DNA of 52,942 bases from the NCBI GenBank assembly GCA_038209745.1, contig JBBQXJ010000028.1:1-52942 (forward strand). Direction: 5' to 3'. Both the position numbers and the translations under genes were made by a program. Each line of letters begins with the position of its first letter. Position 1 is the stretch's first letter. The notes below the pieces were generated by a model. That model had not been told where the DNA came from. It saw only the letters and a program-made list of their open reading frames with translations, and made no database searches. This document shows positions 41,142-51,955 of this stretch, one piece after another. Origin of the DNA: Verrucomicrobiota bacterium. Its GTDB lineage: Bacteria > Verrucomicrobiota > Verrucomicrobiia > Limisphaerales > CANJSG01.

Positions 41142-41375
41142 TCAGGGTGCGTCGTCGCCGATGGCTTCGACCGGGCAGCCTTCTTGGGCTTCCTTGCACT
41201 GGGCTTCTTCCTCGGGATTCTCCGGCTGCTTGAAGACGTAGGAGTATCCACCCTCGTCCCAGCGCGTGAAATTCTTCGGCGCGGTCTCGCGGCACAGGTC
41301 GCAGTCGATGCACTGGTTGTCCACAAAGTAGTGGCCAGTCACGTTCTGTTCGTAGCGGTTTGCAATATCAGCCAT
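41142..41375 (-). CDS. Ferredoxin (single cluster)
   Basis: CIDCDLC...CPVEAIG, acidic, 77 aa. Confidence 0.93.
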   Translation of the reverse strand: MADIANRYEQNVTGHYFVDNQCIDCDLCRETAPKNFTRWDEGGYSYVFKQPENPEEEAQCKEAQEGCPVEAIGDDAP

Positions 41376-41464
41376 AACTCAGTTCCAAAAACGGCGGGAC
41401 TTTGCGAATGGGTCCGGGGCAAGTAAAGCCCCTTTTTCGAAGGCGTGAAAAATCTACCGCAGGA

Positions 41465-41613
41465 GGTGGGACGAAGCCTCCCGCCGAGCCACCGCAGGGC
41501 GCCCTTGGCCTCGTTGGCCCCACCGGCAATTCCAGAGCGCCCCGGAGTCGGCAGTGGAGTGGGTTCTTGGTCAGAAAATCAACCAGCGGCTCGGCCGGAG
41601 CCTTCGCCCCACC
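41465..41613. repeat. Inverted REP pair (REPIN-like)
   Basis: GGTGGGACGAAGCCTCCCGCCGAGCC (41465-41490) matches the reverse complement of 41588-41613 at 23/26 positions. Confidence 0.75.
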
Positions 41614-41662
41614 CCTCTCGGATCCTTGACCGGCCGCCCGGGTTCGGGAAAATCCCCGCCTC

Positions 41663-41992
41663 ATGGCAACGATTCCCGCTCAGTTCGACGGCGTCACCGC
41701 AGTGACCAAGGCCAACGTCTATTTCGACGGCAAGGTCGTCAGTCACACGATCCTCTTTCCCGATGGTTCCAAGAAGACCCTGGGGCTGATCTACCCCGGC
41801 AAGTTCCACTTCGGCACCGACCAGGCCGAGCTGATGGAGATCGTGGCCGGCAGTTGCTCCGTGAAGCTCGACGGCCAGTCCGAAGTGAAGACCCACGCCA
41901 CCGGCACTGTGTTCGAAGTCCCGGCCAAATCCGGCTTCGACATCGAAGTGACCTCCGGAATCTGCGAATACATCTGCTCGTTCATCGGGTGA
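41663..41992 (+). CDS. ppnP: Pyrimidine/purine nucleoside phosphorylase (DUF1255)
   Basis: KANVYFDGKVVSH, KKTLGLIYPG, F.T..AELMEI, YICSF. Confidence 0.92.
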   Translation: MATIPAQFDGVTAVTKANVYFDGKVVSHTILFPDGSKKTLGLIYPGKFHFGTDQAELMEIVAGSCSVKLDGQSEVKTHATGTVFEVPAKSGFDIEVTSGICEYICSFIG

Positions 41993-42011
41993 ACCGAGTT
42001 GGGCGCGATTG

Positions 42012-42482
42012 AACCGCAGAAAACACGGACCACGCAGAACACTCGGTGAAGCTAAACGCACCCATCAACCGCTTTGCCGCGCCTACGGCTGCCCTCGCTC
42101 TTGGAATGTTAGCCGGTTGGCTGGGAGGAGTGGATTGGGCGGGTAAGACAGTCGAGAGAATGGTCGCGTTCGAATGGCGAAAGCCGATCTCGAACACTGT
42201 TCCGTATGGCGCGCATGTCTTCTTGGTCCCGTTGGAAGAAGGCTTCTCAGTTCGAGCCAAAGTCCATGTGGATCGCAGCGGGCCGTTCATGGAATACGTC
42301 CACGCTTGTGGTGAACTGGGCCGGGTAGCCACCGCAAACGAAGCTGTCGAACGACGGGGGCGGATCGAGTGGAAGGGTGATGGCCTCCATATCGGCTCAG
42401 GCACCAACCACTTCTTTCTTGAACGCAGTCTGCTTGAAAAACATCGCTGAACCATTCTGCGTCTTCCGCGTTTTCTGCGGTT
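42012..42482. mobile_element. Inverted-repeat-bounded single-gene cassette
   Basis: 28-bp IRs at 42012-42039 and 42455-42482 (25/28 identical) tightly enclose ORF 42046-42450. Confidence 0.6.
42046..42450 (+). CDS. Hypothetical protein with N-terminal hydrophobic segment
   Basis: 134-aa ORF that fills the space between the IRs; many A/T-ending codons unlike its neighbours. Confidence 0.65.
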   Translation: MKLNAPINRFAAPTAALALGMLAGWLGGVDWAGKTVERMVAFEWRKPISNTVPYGAHVFLVPLEEGFSVRAKVHVDRSGPFMEYVHACGELGRVATANEAVERRGRIEWKGDGLHIGSGTNHFFLERSLLEKHR

Positions 42483-42492
42483 AATACAAACC

Positions 42493-43287
42493 ATGTTCCG
42501 CCCCTGCATTGATCTCCACGACGGCCAGGTGAAGCAGATCGTCGGCGGCTCGCTGACGGACAGCGGCGCCGGCCTGCGCACCCACTTCGTCTCCGAACGG
42601 CCCGCCGCCTGGTTCGCCGAACTCTACGGCCGCGACAACCTGCGCGGCGGCCACGTCATCCAGCTCGGTGCCGGCAACGATGCCGCCGCCAAGGCCGCGC
42701 TCGCCGCGTTCCCCGGCGGACTCCACCTCGGCGGCGGCGTCAACGCCTCCAACGCCCGCGACTGGCTCGATGCCGGCGCCTCCCACGTGATCGTGACGTC
42801 ATGGGTCTTCCGCGAGGGCCGACTGGACGAGGAACGATTGGCGGAACTGGTGAAGATCATCGGCCAGGAACGTCTTGTCCTCGACCTCAGTTGCCGCCGC
42901 AAGGGCGACGCCTACTTCGTGGTGACGGATCGCTGGCAGAAGTTCACCGACCTGCGCGTCGAGCCCAAGGTGCTCAAGCGTCTCGCTGCGAGCTGCGCCG
43001 AATTCCTCGTCCACGCCGCCGATGTCGAAGGGCTCTGCGCGGGCGTGGATCTGGAGCTGGTGGAGATTCTCGGCGAGTTCAGCCCAATCCCCGTGACCTA
43101 CGCCGGGGGCGCCCGCTCGATCAGCGACCTCATCGAAGTCACGCGGGTCGGCCATGGCCGTGTTGACCTCACCATCGGCTCGGCTTTGGACATCTTCGGC
43201 GGCAAAGGCGTGACCTACGCCGAACTCGTGGAGTGGAACCGCACCCATCCCGCAGCCCCCATTGGGCAACCGCCCGCCTCATCCTAG
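42493..43287 (+). CDS. hisA: ProFAR isomerase, eukaryote (His6)-type
   Basis: FRPCIDLHDGQVKQIVG, GGHVI.LG, ASHVIVTS, LVLDLSCR, VTDRWQKFT, EFLVHAADVEG, TIGSALDIFGG. Confidence 0.93.
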   Translation: MFRPCIDLHDGQVKQIVGGSLTDSGAGLRTHFVSERPAAWFAELYGRDNLRGGHVIQLGAGNDAAAKAALAAFPGGLHLGGGVNASNARDWLDAGASHVIVTSWVFREGRLDEERLAELVKIIGQERLVLDLSCRRKGDAYFVVTDRWQKFTDLRVEPKVLKRLAASCAEFLVHAADVEGLCAGVDLELVEILGEFSPIPVTYAGGARSISDLIEVTRVGHGRVDLTIGSALDIFGGKGVTYAELVEWNRTHPAAPIGQPPASS

Positions 43288-43338
43288 CCGCCGTCCGCCA
43301 AGCAGCCGTCGCCCACTGAAGGAGCGGCTTCAAAGAGC

Positions 43339-43369
43339 AAGGCCGGAACCCACGACAGGTTCCGGCCTT
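43339..43369. terminator. Hairpin between convergent genes
   Basis: AAGGCCGGAACC-7 nt-GGTTCCGGCCTT. Confidence 0.75.
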
Positions 43370-43390
43370 CGACCAAATCAGCCAAAGGGC

Positions 43391-44440
43391 TCAGTCCTCT
43401 TTGTTCAACGCCGGGCGGACGCCGAACTTCTTCTTCAGCGCCAAAACCTCGGCGAGCTTCTTCATGCCGCCGGTGCAGGTCGGATCGCTCAAAGACGCCG
43501 CAGCGGCGCAGACGCCGATTTCGAGGCATTCCTGCAGCGGTTTGTCGTCATGAAGCCCGAGCAGAACCCCGGCGCAGAAGGCGTCTCCGGCTCCGGCGGT
43601 GCCGACAATGTGCTTGGCGGCGAGCTTGAGGGAGGATTGCCAGACGTCTTCTCCCTTGCGGGTGCGGCAGAAACCTCCCTCGGGGAAGTGGATGACCACG
43701 AGCTCACGGACACCCTGCTGGAGCATGGCGCCCGCCGCGTGGCGCACGCTGACGGTGTCGAGCTTGCCATCGGAACCGCGGAGCTTGAAGCCGGTGACTT
43801 TTCCGGCCTCGATCTCGTTGATGATGCAGTAGTCCACCGCCTTGAGCGCGGGCAGGACGACCTTGGCAAAGCGGTCGCTGTCTTCGCTGACGACGTCGAT
43901 GCTGGTTTTCAAGCCGGCTGCCTGGGCCGCGGTGAGCAGCCGCGCGGCCTTGGTGCCGAACTTGGCGTCGGACGCGTCGAGGGCATCCAGCAGCAGCAGG
44001 TAGCCGAGATGGAAGATCTTGGCCTTGGTTTTGGAGAATTCGATGTCGGAACCGTTCCACAGGGCGTTGGCCCCCCGGTAATGGAAGAAAGTGCGGCGCC
44101 CGTTGCCCTCCTCCGTCATCACGTCGGTGAAGGAAGTGGCGACGTTGGGAGCAGCCCGGAGATGCTTGGTGTCGATCTTGTGCTTCTTGCAGTCGGCCAA
44201 GATACCGGCACCAAGCTCATCCTTGCCCACAAAGCCCGCACCGGAGAGCGGGATGCCCGCTCCCATTCGGGCGAGGTCGACAAGAATGTTGTAGGGGGAA
44301 CCGCCGGTTCCCTGATGCTGACTGCGGATATTGGCGAGCTGTTCGCGCTGGGGATAAGTATCCACCAGCTTGACCTGATCAATGATCCAATTGCCTCCGG
44401 CGAGGATACCCTTGCGGGTGGAGCTTGACTTGGTATTCAT
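43391..44440 (-). CDS. PfkB family carbohydrate kinase
   Basis: GGSPYN, G.VGKD..G, INEIEA, GTAGAGDAFCAG. Confidence 0.93.
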   Translation of the reverse strand: MNTKSSSTRKGILAGGNWIIDQVKLVDTYPQREQLANIRSQHQGTGGSPYNILVDLARMGAGIPLSGAGFVGKDELGAGILADCKKHKIDTKHLRAAPNVATSFTDVMTEEGNGRRTFFHYRGANALWNGSDIEFSKTKAKIFHLGYLLLLDALDASDAKFGTKAARLLTAAQAAGLKTSIDVVSEDSDRFAKVVLPALKAVDYCIINEIEAGKVTGFKLRGSDGKLDTVSVRHAAGAMLQQGVRELVVIHFPEGGFCRTRKGEDVWQSSLKLAAKHIVGTAGAGDAFCAGVLLGLHDDKPLQECLEIGVCAAAASLSDPTCTGGMKKLAEVLALKKKFGVRPALNKED

Positions 44441-44455
44441 GGAGTCGATCTACCG

Positions 44456-44484
44456 AGACTATCGGGCTGACAGGGCAAAGGCAA
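44456..44484 (-). promoter_or_regulatory. Putative sigma70 promoter of the PfkB kinase
   Basis: Minus strand TTGCCT-17-TAGTCT-15-ATG. Confidence 0.5.
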
Positions 44485-44570
44485 TCTGCTTGAATCGCAA
44501 ACACTCCCAAATTTGGCCGGACGGAAGAATTCCTTCCTTTGCCCAAAGCCCCTGAAATAATCGGCTCCCG

Positions 44571-47104
<2,534 letters not shown>

Positions 47105-47213
47105 AGCGCGTTGACCAATCCGGAAAAACACCGGAGATGTTTCAACCGTCGGGTTCGGAGAATCCGCTCGGGCCGCCAAAGGGTCGGCGACCACCCCAAC
47201 AAGCTAAGACGTC

Positions 47214-47447
47214 ATGCCCATCTACGAATTCCACTGCCTGAAGTGTGAAACCGACAGCGAACAGCTCGTCCGTTCCGCCGACTGGAAAAGCCACGCGAAG
47301 TGCCCGCACTGCGGCTCCTCCCGCCTGGAGAAGAAGTTTTCCACCTTCGCCGCCTCCGTTCCTGCCGGTGCCGGCGAAGCCCCGTCCTGTTCCGGTGTTC
47401 CGTCCTCCTGCGGGATGTGCGGCACCGGCAAACCCCACTCCCACTGA
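47214..47447 (+). CDS. FmdB family zinc-ribbon protein
   Basis: MPIYEFHCLKC...CPHCGS..LEKKFSTF, Cys-rich tail. Confidence 0.9.
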   Translation: MPIYEFHCLKCETDSEQLVRSADWKSHAKCPHCGSSRLEKKFSTFAASVPAGAGEAPSCSGVPSSCGMCGTGKPHSH

Positions 47448-47505
47448 TGTCCACCCATCGCGCCATCACCCCCCGAAACCCATCGCCTCCTCCCCAATCT
47501 TCCCG

Positions 47506-48036
47506 GTGAAACTCCTCACGCTCGTCCCGGCCTTGGCCGCCCTGCTGTTCGCCGGCTGCGCGGTCCCGTCACGCCCACCGGCTCCGGCCCAGATCACGGG
47601 CAACGGTCCAGACATCACCTTTTCCGTAGCCAACCGGAGCTGGAAGGTCTCCCTCCCCGCCGCCATCCGTCGGACGCCTCCGGACGACGCCGTCGAGCTG
47701 GTCGACTACCGGAACGACAATGGATCGGACTACCTGCTGCTGTCCGTGGAAGGGTCTTCGCACGGGCGCAATCCCGCCGGTAATCCCTGTAGTGGCGGCG
47801 ACGAATCCACCCTCGTCTGGATGCGCTTCCGCGACGGCAAACCGATGGCCACGCAACAACGGCTCATCCGCTCGTGCGCCAACAGCGTCGAAACCCTCCG
47901 CCTTGGCTGGTTCGGACAGGAATATCGCGCCGACCTGTTCGAACTGAAGGACGGCCGCACCTACCGCTCCCAGGTCCGCTACGACCTGACCCACATGGAC
48001 GACGGCATCCAATCCGCCACCTGGCTGGAGAAATAG
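47506..48036 (+). CDS. Hypothetical lipoprotein
   Basis: GTG 47506, MKLLTLVPALAALLFAGC (lipobox); host-like codon usage. Confidence 0.75.
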   Translation: MKLLTLVPALAALLFAGCAVPSRPPAPAQITGNGPDITFSVANRSWKVSLPAAIRRTPPDDAVELVDYRNDNGSDYLLLSVEGSSHGRNPAGNPCSGGDESTLVWMRFRDGKPMATQQRLIRSCANSVETLRLGWFGQEYRADLFELKDGRTYRSQVRYDLTHMDDGIQSATWLEK

Positions 48037-48051
48037 CTCCCCATCCGTTCC

Positions 48052-48327
48052 ATGCCCGATCCTTCCACCCATTTCCGCGATCCCCTGCACGGGGTCACTC
48101 TGGAGACCATCGTCCGCACTCTTCAGGAGCGGCATGGCTGGGAAAAAATGGGCCGGCAGATCCCGGTGAAGTGCTTCCTCGTCCAGCCCAGCGTGAAGTC
48201 CAGCCTGACCTTCCTGCGCAAGACCCCGTGGGCTCGTCAGCGGATCGAGGACTGGTTCATCTACGAAGCGGCGCAACGGCTTCGACCCCGCGACGGGGAA
48301 GATCGCCGCGAAGACCCTCGCCCCTGA
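48052..48327 (+). CDS. VF530 / DUF2132 family protein
   Basis: DPLHGVTLE, GWE..G..I...CF..PSVKSSLTFLRKTPWAR. Confidence 0.92.
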   Translation: MPDPSTHFRDPLHGVTLETIVRTLQERHGWEKMGRQIPVKCFLVQPSVKSSLTFLRKTPWARQRIEDWFIYEAAQRLRPRDGEDRREDPRP

Positions 48328-48339
48328 CCCATCATCGCC

Positions 48340-49845
48340 TCACCGCGCCGGCCCCACATCCACCACCTTCGGTCGACCCGCCACTCCGGTGCGGCTGACA
48401 CCGGTCACCGCCACGAAATCCGCCTTCGCCGTCGCGGGATCAGGAAACCACCGGGGAACCTCCGCCGGCTGGATCCGCGTGGTCCACTTCCCACCCGCCC
48501 GGGACTGGACCGCCCACCAGCGCACCGCTTCGCCACCCGTCGGTTTCCAGTCGAGGATAGGTCGGCCATTGCTGCGACCCAGATCCACATCCGGAGTTCC
48601 AGGAACCCCCGCATCGAGCCACGGCGACGCCGGCACCAGCGCCGGCGAGACGAACCCACGGCTCCGCAGCGCAACGGCCAGTCCGGGCTTGGACTCCACC
48701 GCGCTCGCGTTCCAGAACACCATGCCGTCCACCCCGCGCTTCTTCCGCACCGTCGCGATCTGCCTCAGCATTTCGTCGGCGGTCAAAGGACGCCGCTCGT
48801 TGCGGGGAGTGGTCCCGACCAGCGCGGCGTTCAGACCGGGCCAGAGGTGGCGGCTGCGGGCGTTCTGCTCGCTCCACCAATCGAGCAGGACGGGCAGGCT
48901 CTGCTCCTTCGACGAGAGGGCCCAATACAGCTGTGGGCTGAAGTAGTCCGCCCAGCCGTTGAGCATCCACTTGCGCGCATCCGCATAGAGCTCGGTGTAG
49001 GCGTCGAAGCCCTGGATCGAGGCGGGAAACTTCGGGCGCCAGATGCCGAACGGGGAAATGCCGAACTTCACCCAGGGCTTCTCGGCGTGGATCTCGCGGT
49101 TCAATCGCTCGATGAACCGGTCCACGTTGCTGCGGCGCCAGTCGTCCCGGGCCAGCTTTCCGCCGGCGCGCCCATACTTGGCCCACGACGGGTTGTCGGG
49201 AAACTGGATCCTCCGCCCGCTCCGGTCGTTCACCGGGTAGGGATAGAAATAATCGTCGATATGGACGCCATCGATGTCGTAGCGCCGCACCACGTCGCGG
49301 ATGACCGCGATGCTCCGCGCCTGGACCTCCGCCTCGCCCGGATCGAGCCATAGGTCGCTGCCATAGGCCTTCACCAAGTCGGGGCGGGCCTTGGCAATGT
49401 GATTGGCGGCCAGTTCCGACCGCCCGGACTTGTGACGCGCCCGGAACGGATTGAACCACGCGTGCAGCTCCAGGCCCCGCAGACGGGCTTCGGCCACGGC
49501 GAAGGCCAGTGGATCATAGCCCGGCGACTGGCCGGACTTCCCGGTAAGATACTCGGACCAAGGCTCCAGCGTGGACTCGTAGAGCGCATCGCAACCTGGA
49601 CGCACCTGGAGGATGACGGCGTTCAGGCCGAGCGCGACGGCCTGGTCGAAGAGCGCCTTCAGCTCCGCCTTTTGCCGCGTACGATCCAGCCCCTTCTCCG
49701 ACGGCCAGTCGATGTTCGCCACCGACGCGATCCACAAGCCACGAAACTCACGCGCCGGAAGCGGCGGCACCGGCAAGGCGGAATACGCCCCGGGACCGAG
49801 CAGGCAGAACGTCAAAAGAAACAGAAAACGAAACCGCAAAACCAT
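48340..49845 (-). CDS. GHL10 / DUF187 glycoside-hydrolase-like protein (YddW/DigH-like)
   Basis: Signal peptide; REFRGLWIASVANIDWPS, QVRP..DALY.S, HAWFNPFRA, YDIDGVHIDDYFYPY, FGISPFGIW, DYFSPQLYW. Confidence 0.92.
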   Translation of the reverse strand: MVLRFRFLFLLTFCLLGPGAYSALPVPPLPAREFRGLWIASVANIDWPSEKGLDRTRQKAELKALFDQAVALGLNAVILQVRPGCDALYESTLEPWSEYLTGKSGQSPGYDPLAFAVAEARLRGLELHAWFNPFRARHKSGRSELAANHIAKARPDLVKAYGSDLWLDPGEAEVQARSIAVIRDVVRRYDIDGVHIDDYFYPYPVNDRSGRRIQFPDNPSWAKYGRAGGKLARDDWRRSNVDRFIERLNREIHAEKPWVKFGISPFGIWRPKFPASIQGFDAYTELYADARKWMLNGWADYFSPQLYWALSSKEQSLPVLLDWWSEQNARSRHLWPGLNAALVGTTPRNERRPLTADEMLRQIATVRKKRGVDGMVFWNASAVESKPGLAVALRSRGFVSPALVPASPWLDAGVPGTPDVDLGRSNGRPILDWKPTGGEAVRWWAVQSRAGGKWTTRIQPAEVPRWFPDPATAKADFVAVTGVSRTGVAGRPKVVDVGPAR

Positions 49846-49942
49846 CACTTCGCCACAGTCGCAAACAACGGCACGGATGCCAACGATTGGATGTCCCGAA
49901 CGCTTCTTGCCACAGCGGGGACGGGCGCGGGTCGCACCGGAA

Positions 49943-50719
49943 TCAGCCCGCACCGCCGCCCGCCGACTTCATGGGGCCGCCCTTCAACAAGGCGACGCCG
50001 TAGTCCCGGTTCATACGGGCGATGAAGTTGAGGGAGATCTCCTTCGGGCAAACGGCCTCACAACTGCCAGTGACGGTGCAGCCGCCGAAGCCTTCGGCGT
50101 CCATCTGGTTCACCATCGCCTCCACCCTCTTGTAGCGCTCGGGTTGGCCCTGCGGCATGAGACCGAGATGGGAAACCTTTGCCGCCACGAAGAGCATGGC
50201 GCTGGCGTTCTTGCACGCCGCCACGCAGGCGCCGCAGCCGATGCACTGGGCGGCATCCATCGCGAGATCGGCGCTCTCCTTCGGCACGGGAATGCTGTTC
50301 GGGTCGGGCGCGGCGCCGGTGCGGACGCTGATGAAGCCGCCCGCTTGCTGGATCCGGTCGAAGGCTTTCCGGTCGCAGACCAAGTCCTTGATGATCGGAA
50401 AGGCCTTCGCGCGGAACGGCTCGACCACGATCTCGTCGCCGTTGTTGAAGCTCCGCATGTAGGTCTGGCAGGTGGCCACGCCCCTGTGAGGGCCGTGCGG
50501 CTTGCCATCGATGACCAGCGAGCACGTGCCGCAGATGCCCTCGCGGCAGTCGTGGTCGAAGGCGATGGGCTCCTCGTCCTTGTGGACGAGCTCCTCGTTG
50601 ACCACGTCGAGCATCTCGAGGAACGACATGTTCCCGGTCAGCTCGGGCGAAGTGTAGGTCTTGAACTCGCCGGCGGAGGCCGCGTTCTTCTGCCGCCAAA
50701 CTTTGAGGGTCACTTTCAT
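49943..50719 (-). CDS. sdhB: Succinate dehydrogenase/fumarate reductase iron-sulfur subunit
   Basis: [41 protein letters not shown]. Confidence 0.96.
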   Translation of the reverse strand: MKVTLKVWRQKNAASAGEFKTYTSPELTGNMSFLEMLDVVNEELVHKDEEPIAFDHDCREGICGTCSLVIDGKPHGPHRGVATCQTYMRSFNNGDEIVVEPFRAKAFPIIKDLVCDRKAFDRIQQAGGFISVRTGAAPDPNSIPVPKESADLAMDAAQCIGCGACVAACKNASAMLFVAAKVSHLGLMPQGQPERYKRVEAMVNQMDAEGFGGCTVTGSCEAVCPKEISLNFIARMNRDYGVALLKGGPMKSAGGGAG

Positions 50720-51288
50720 GGGGAAACTTTCGCTCGGGACCGAGACTTGGGCTTGATGGCCCGCTCGGGAGGGTTGGTGTGGAATCCGATTTCGCGCTTC
50801 CGGCCGGGAGTGGGCGGCTGCATCAGTCTGCGGATGGCGTCAAAGACGGCCCGGAACTGCTCGTCATGCTTGCTCTCCACGCGGGTCGGTTTTCGGGCGA
50901 GGCCAGCATGGGTCGAGAGCCACTCCCGCAATTGCACGAAGGGTCGCATCATGGCGATGTTCACTTCGACGGCTTGTGGGCTGTTCAGGACGCCGGACAC
51001 CATCGACGCGCCCTGCTCGGTGAGGGTCAGGGCGCTCTTGGAATACTTGGGTTCGGCCTGCCCCGAGGATGTCACAGATTGTGCTATCCTCGGGATCTTC
51101 TCCCAAACCAGCGTGAACCTGAAGTCGTCGGGGAACCGACCGCTGTTCCGCCGAACCGCTTGGTTGAGCGCACGGGTCTCGACGCCGTCGAGCTCGGCCA
51201 GATCGCGATCCAGCAGCACCTTCCGCCCTCGCACGAGCGGGATGCGGTGCGCGATGCGCTCGGCGGGGATGCTGGATCTAGCTGACAT
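50716..51288 (-). CDS. ORF6N-domain protein, full length but divergent
   Basis: [58 protein letters not shown]; stop overlaps the sdhB ATG. Confidence 0.88.
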   Translation of the reverse strand: MSARSSIPAERIAHRIPLVRGRKVLLDRDLAELDGVETRALNQAVRRNSGRFPDDFRFTLVWEKIPRIAQSVTSSGQAEPKYSKSALTLTEQGASMVSGVLNSPQAVEVNIAMMRPFVQLREWLSTHAGLARKPTRVESKHDEQFRAVFDAIRRLMQPPTPGRKREIGFHTNPPERAIKPKSRSRAKVSP

Positions 51289-51306
51289 GGTGGCGGAGGA
51301 CTCGGG

Positions 51307-51480
51307 TCAGTTCGTGCCGGGCTTGGTAGACCGAGGGGGCTTGAGGCGCGAGACACGGTGGGGCGACCGTTTTTCGCGCTTCATGGCATCCGCGAAGATG
51401 GCGTCGATGGCGTAGTTGAACTTGGCCGCCAACTTTTCACGGATTTTGCGGACTTCCTCGACGATGGGGTCGTTTTTCAT
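51307..51480 (-). CDS. Small DPIVEEVR-type protein (57 aa), resembling partners of PIN-domain toxins
   Basis: Not in the ORF track. Own translation: MKNDPIVEEVRKIREKLAAKFNYAIDAIFADAMKREKRSPHRVSRLKPPRSTKPGTN*; GGAGG upstream of the ATG. Confidence 0.8.
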   Translation of the reverse strand: MKNDPIVEEVRKIREKLAAKFNYAIDAIFADAMKREKRSPHRVSRLKPPRSTKPGTN

Positions 51481-51513
51481 GGTTCAAACCTCCACCAGTT
51501 CTTACGACAATTC

Positions 51514-51701
51514 AGCGCCGGAGGCGCGGAAGAAAGTAGCCCACAGCGCGAGCTGTGGGTTCGGGTGCGTCTTGATCGAAAAGCCCCGGCAGGGGCGACA
51601 GAAGCGCGGTCCCAGTCTGCCGCCCCTGCCGGGGCTTGATCCAAATTGCCGCCAATCCACGGCTCACGCCGTGGGCTACTGTCTGCCGCTGCTCCGCAGC
51701 T
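51514..51701. mobile_element. 188-bp nested-palindrome non-autonomous element (REPIN/MITE-like)
   Basis: Outer 45-bp imperfect IRs at 51514-51558 and 51657-51701, each with a GTAG-led hairpin; inner 22-bp IRs at 51581-51602 and 51616-51637 (21/22). Confidence 0.8.
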
Positions 51702-51950
51702 AAACAATCGGATGGGCCACGGAGCTGCGATTCCCGGAGTCAGGGCCACTTCGCGTATCTCCGTCTCCGAGAGCCGGAGCATGAAGTCCTCGGGGAAGCG
51801 GTCGAGGTTGCGCTTCACCGCTTGGTTGAGCGCCTTGGTCGGCACCTCGTAGAGTTCCGACAACTGGAAATCCAGCAGCACCTTCTGCCCCCGCACGAGC
51901 GGGATGCGGCGCTCGATGCGCTCGGCGGGGATGCTGGTGGAGTTGTTCAT
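51702..51950 (-). pseudogene. Truncated ORF6N-domain gene (N-terminal part only)
   Basis: ATG 51950 MNNSTSIPAERIERRIPLVRGQKVLLDFQLSELYEVPTKALNQAVKRNLDRFPEDFML; similarity is lost just before the palindromic element. Confidence 0.8.
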
Positions 51951-51955
51951 GGGGT

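Noticed and set aside
43284..43529. 81-aa minus-strand ORF between hisA and the PfkB kinase
   Set aside because: Overlaps the kinase 3' end and runs across a terminator hairpin; no motif support.
47105..47213. Possible riboswitch or ncRNA upstream of the FmdB-like gene
   Set aside because: Only weak GC pairing and no aptamer consensus I can recognise; an Rfam cmscan would be needed.
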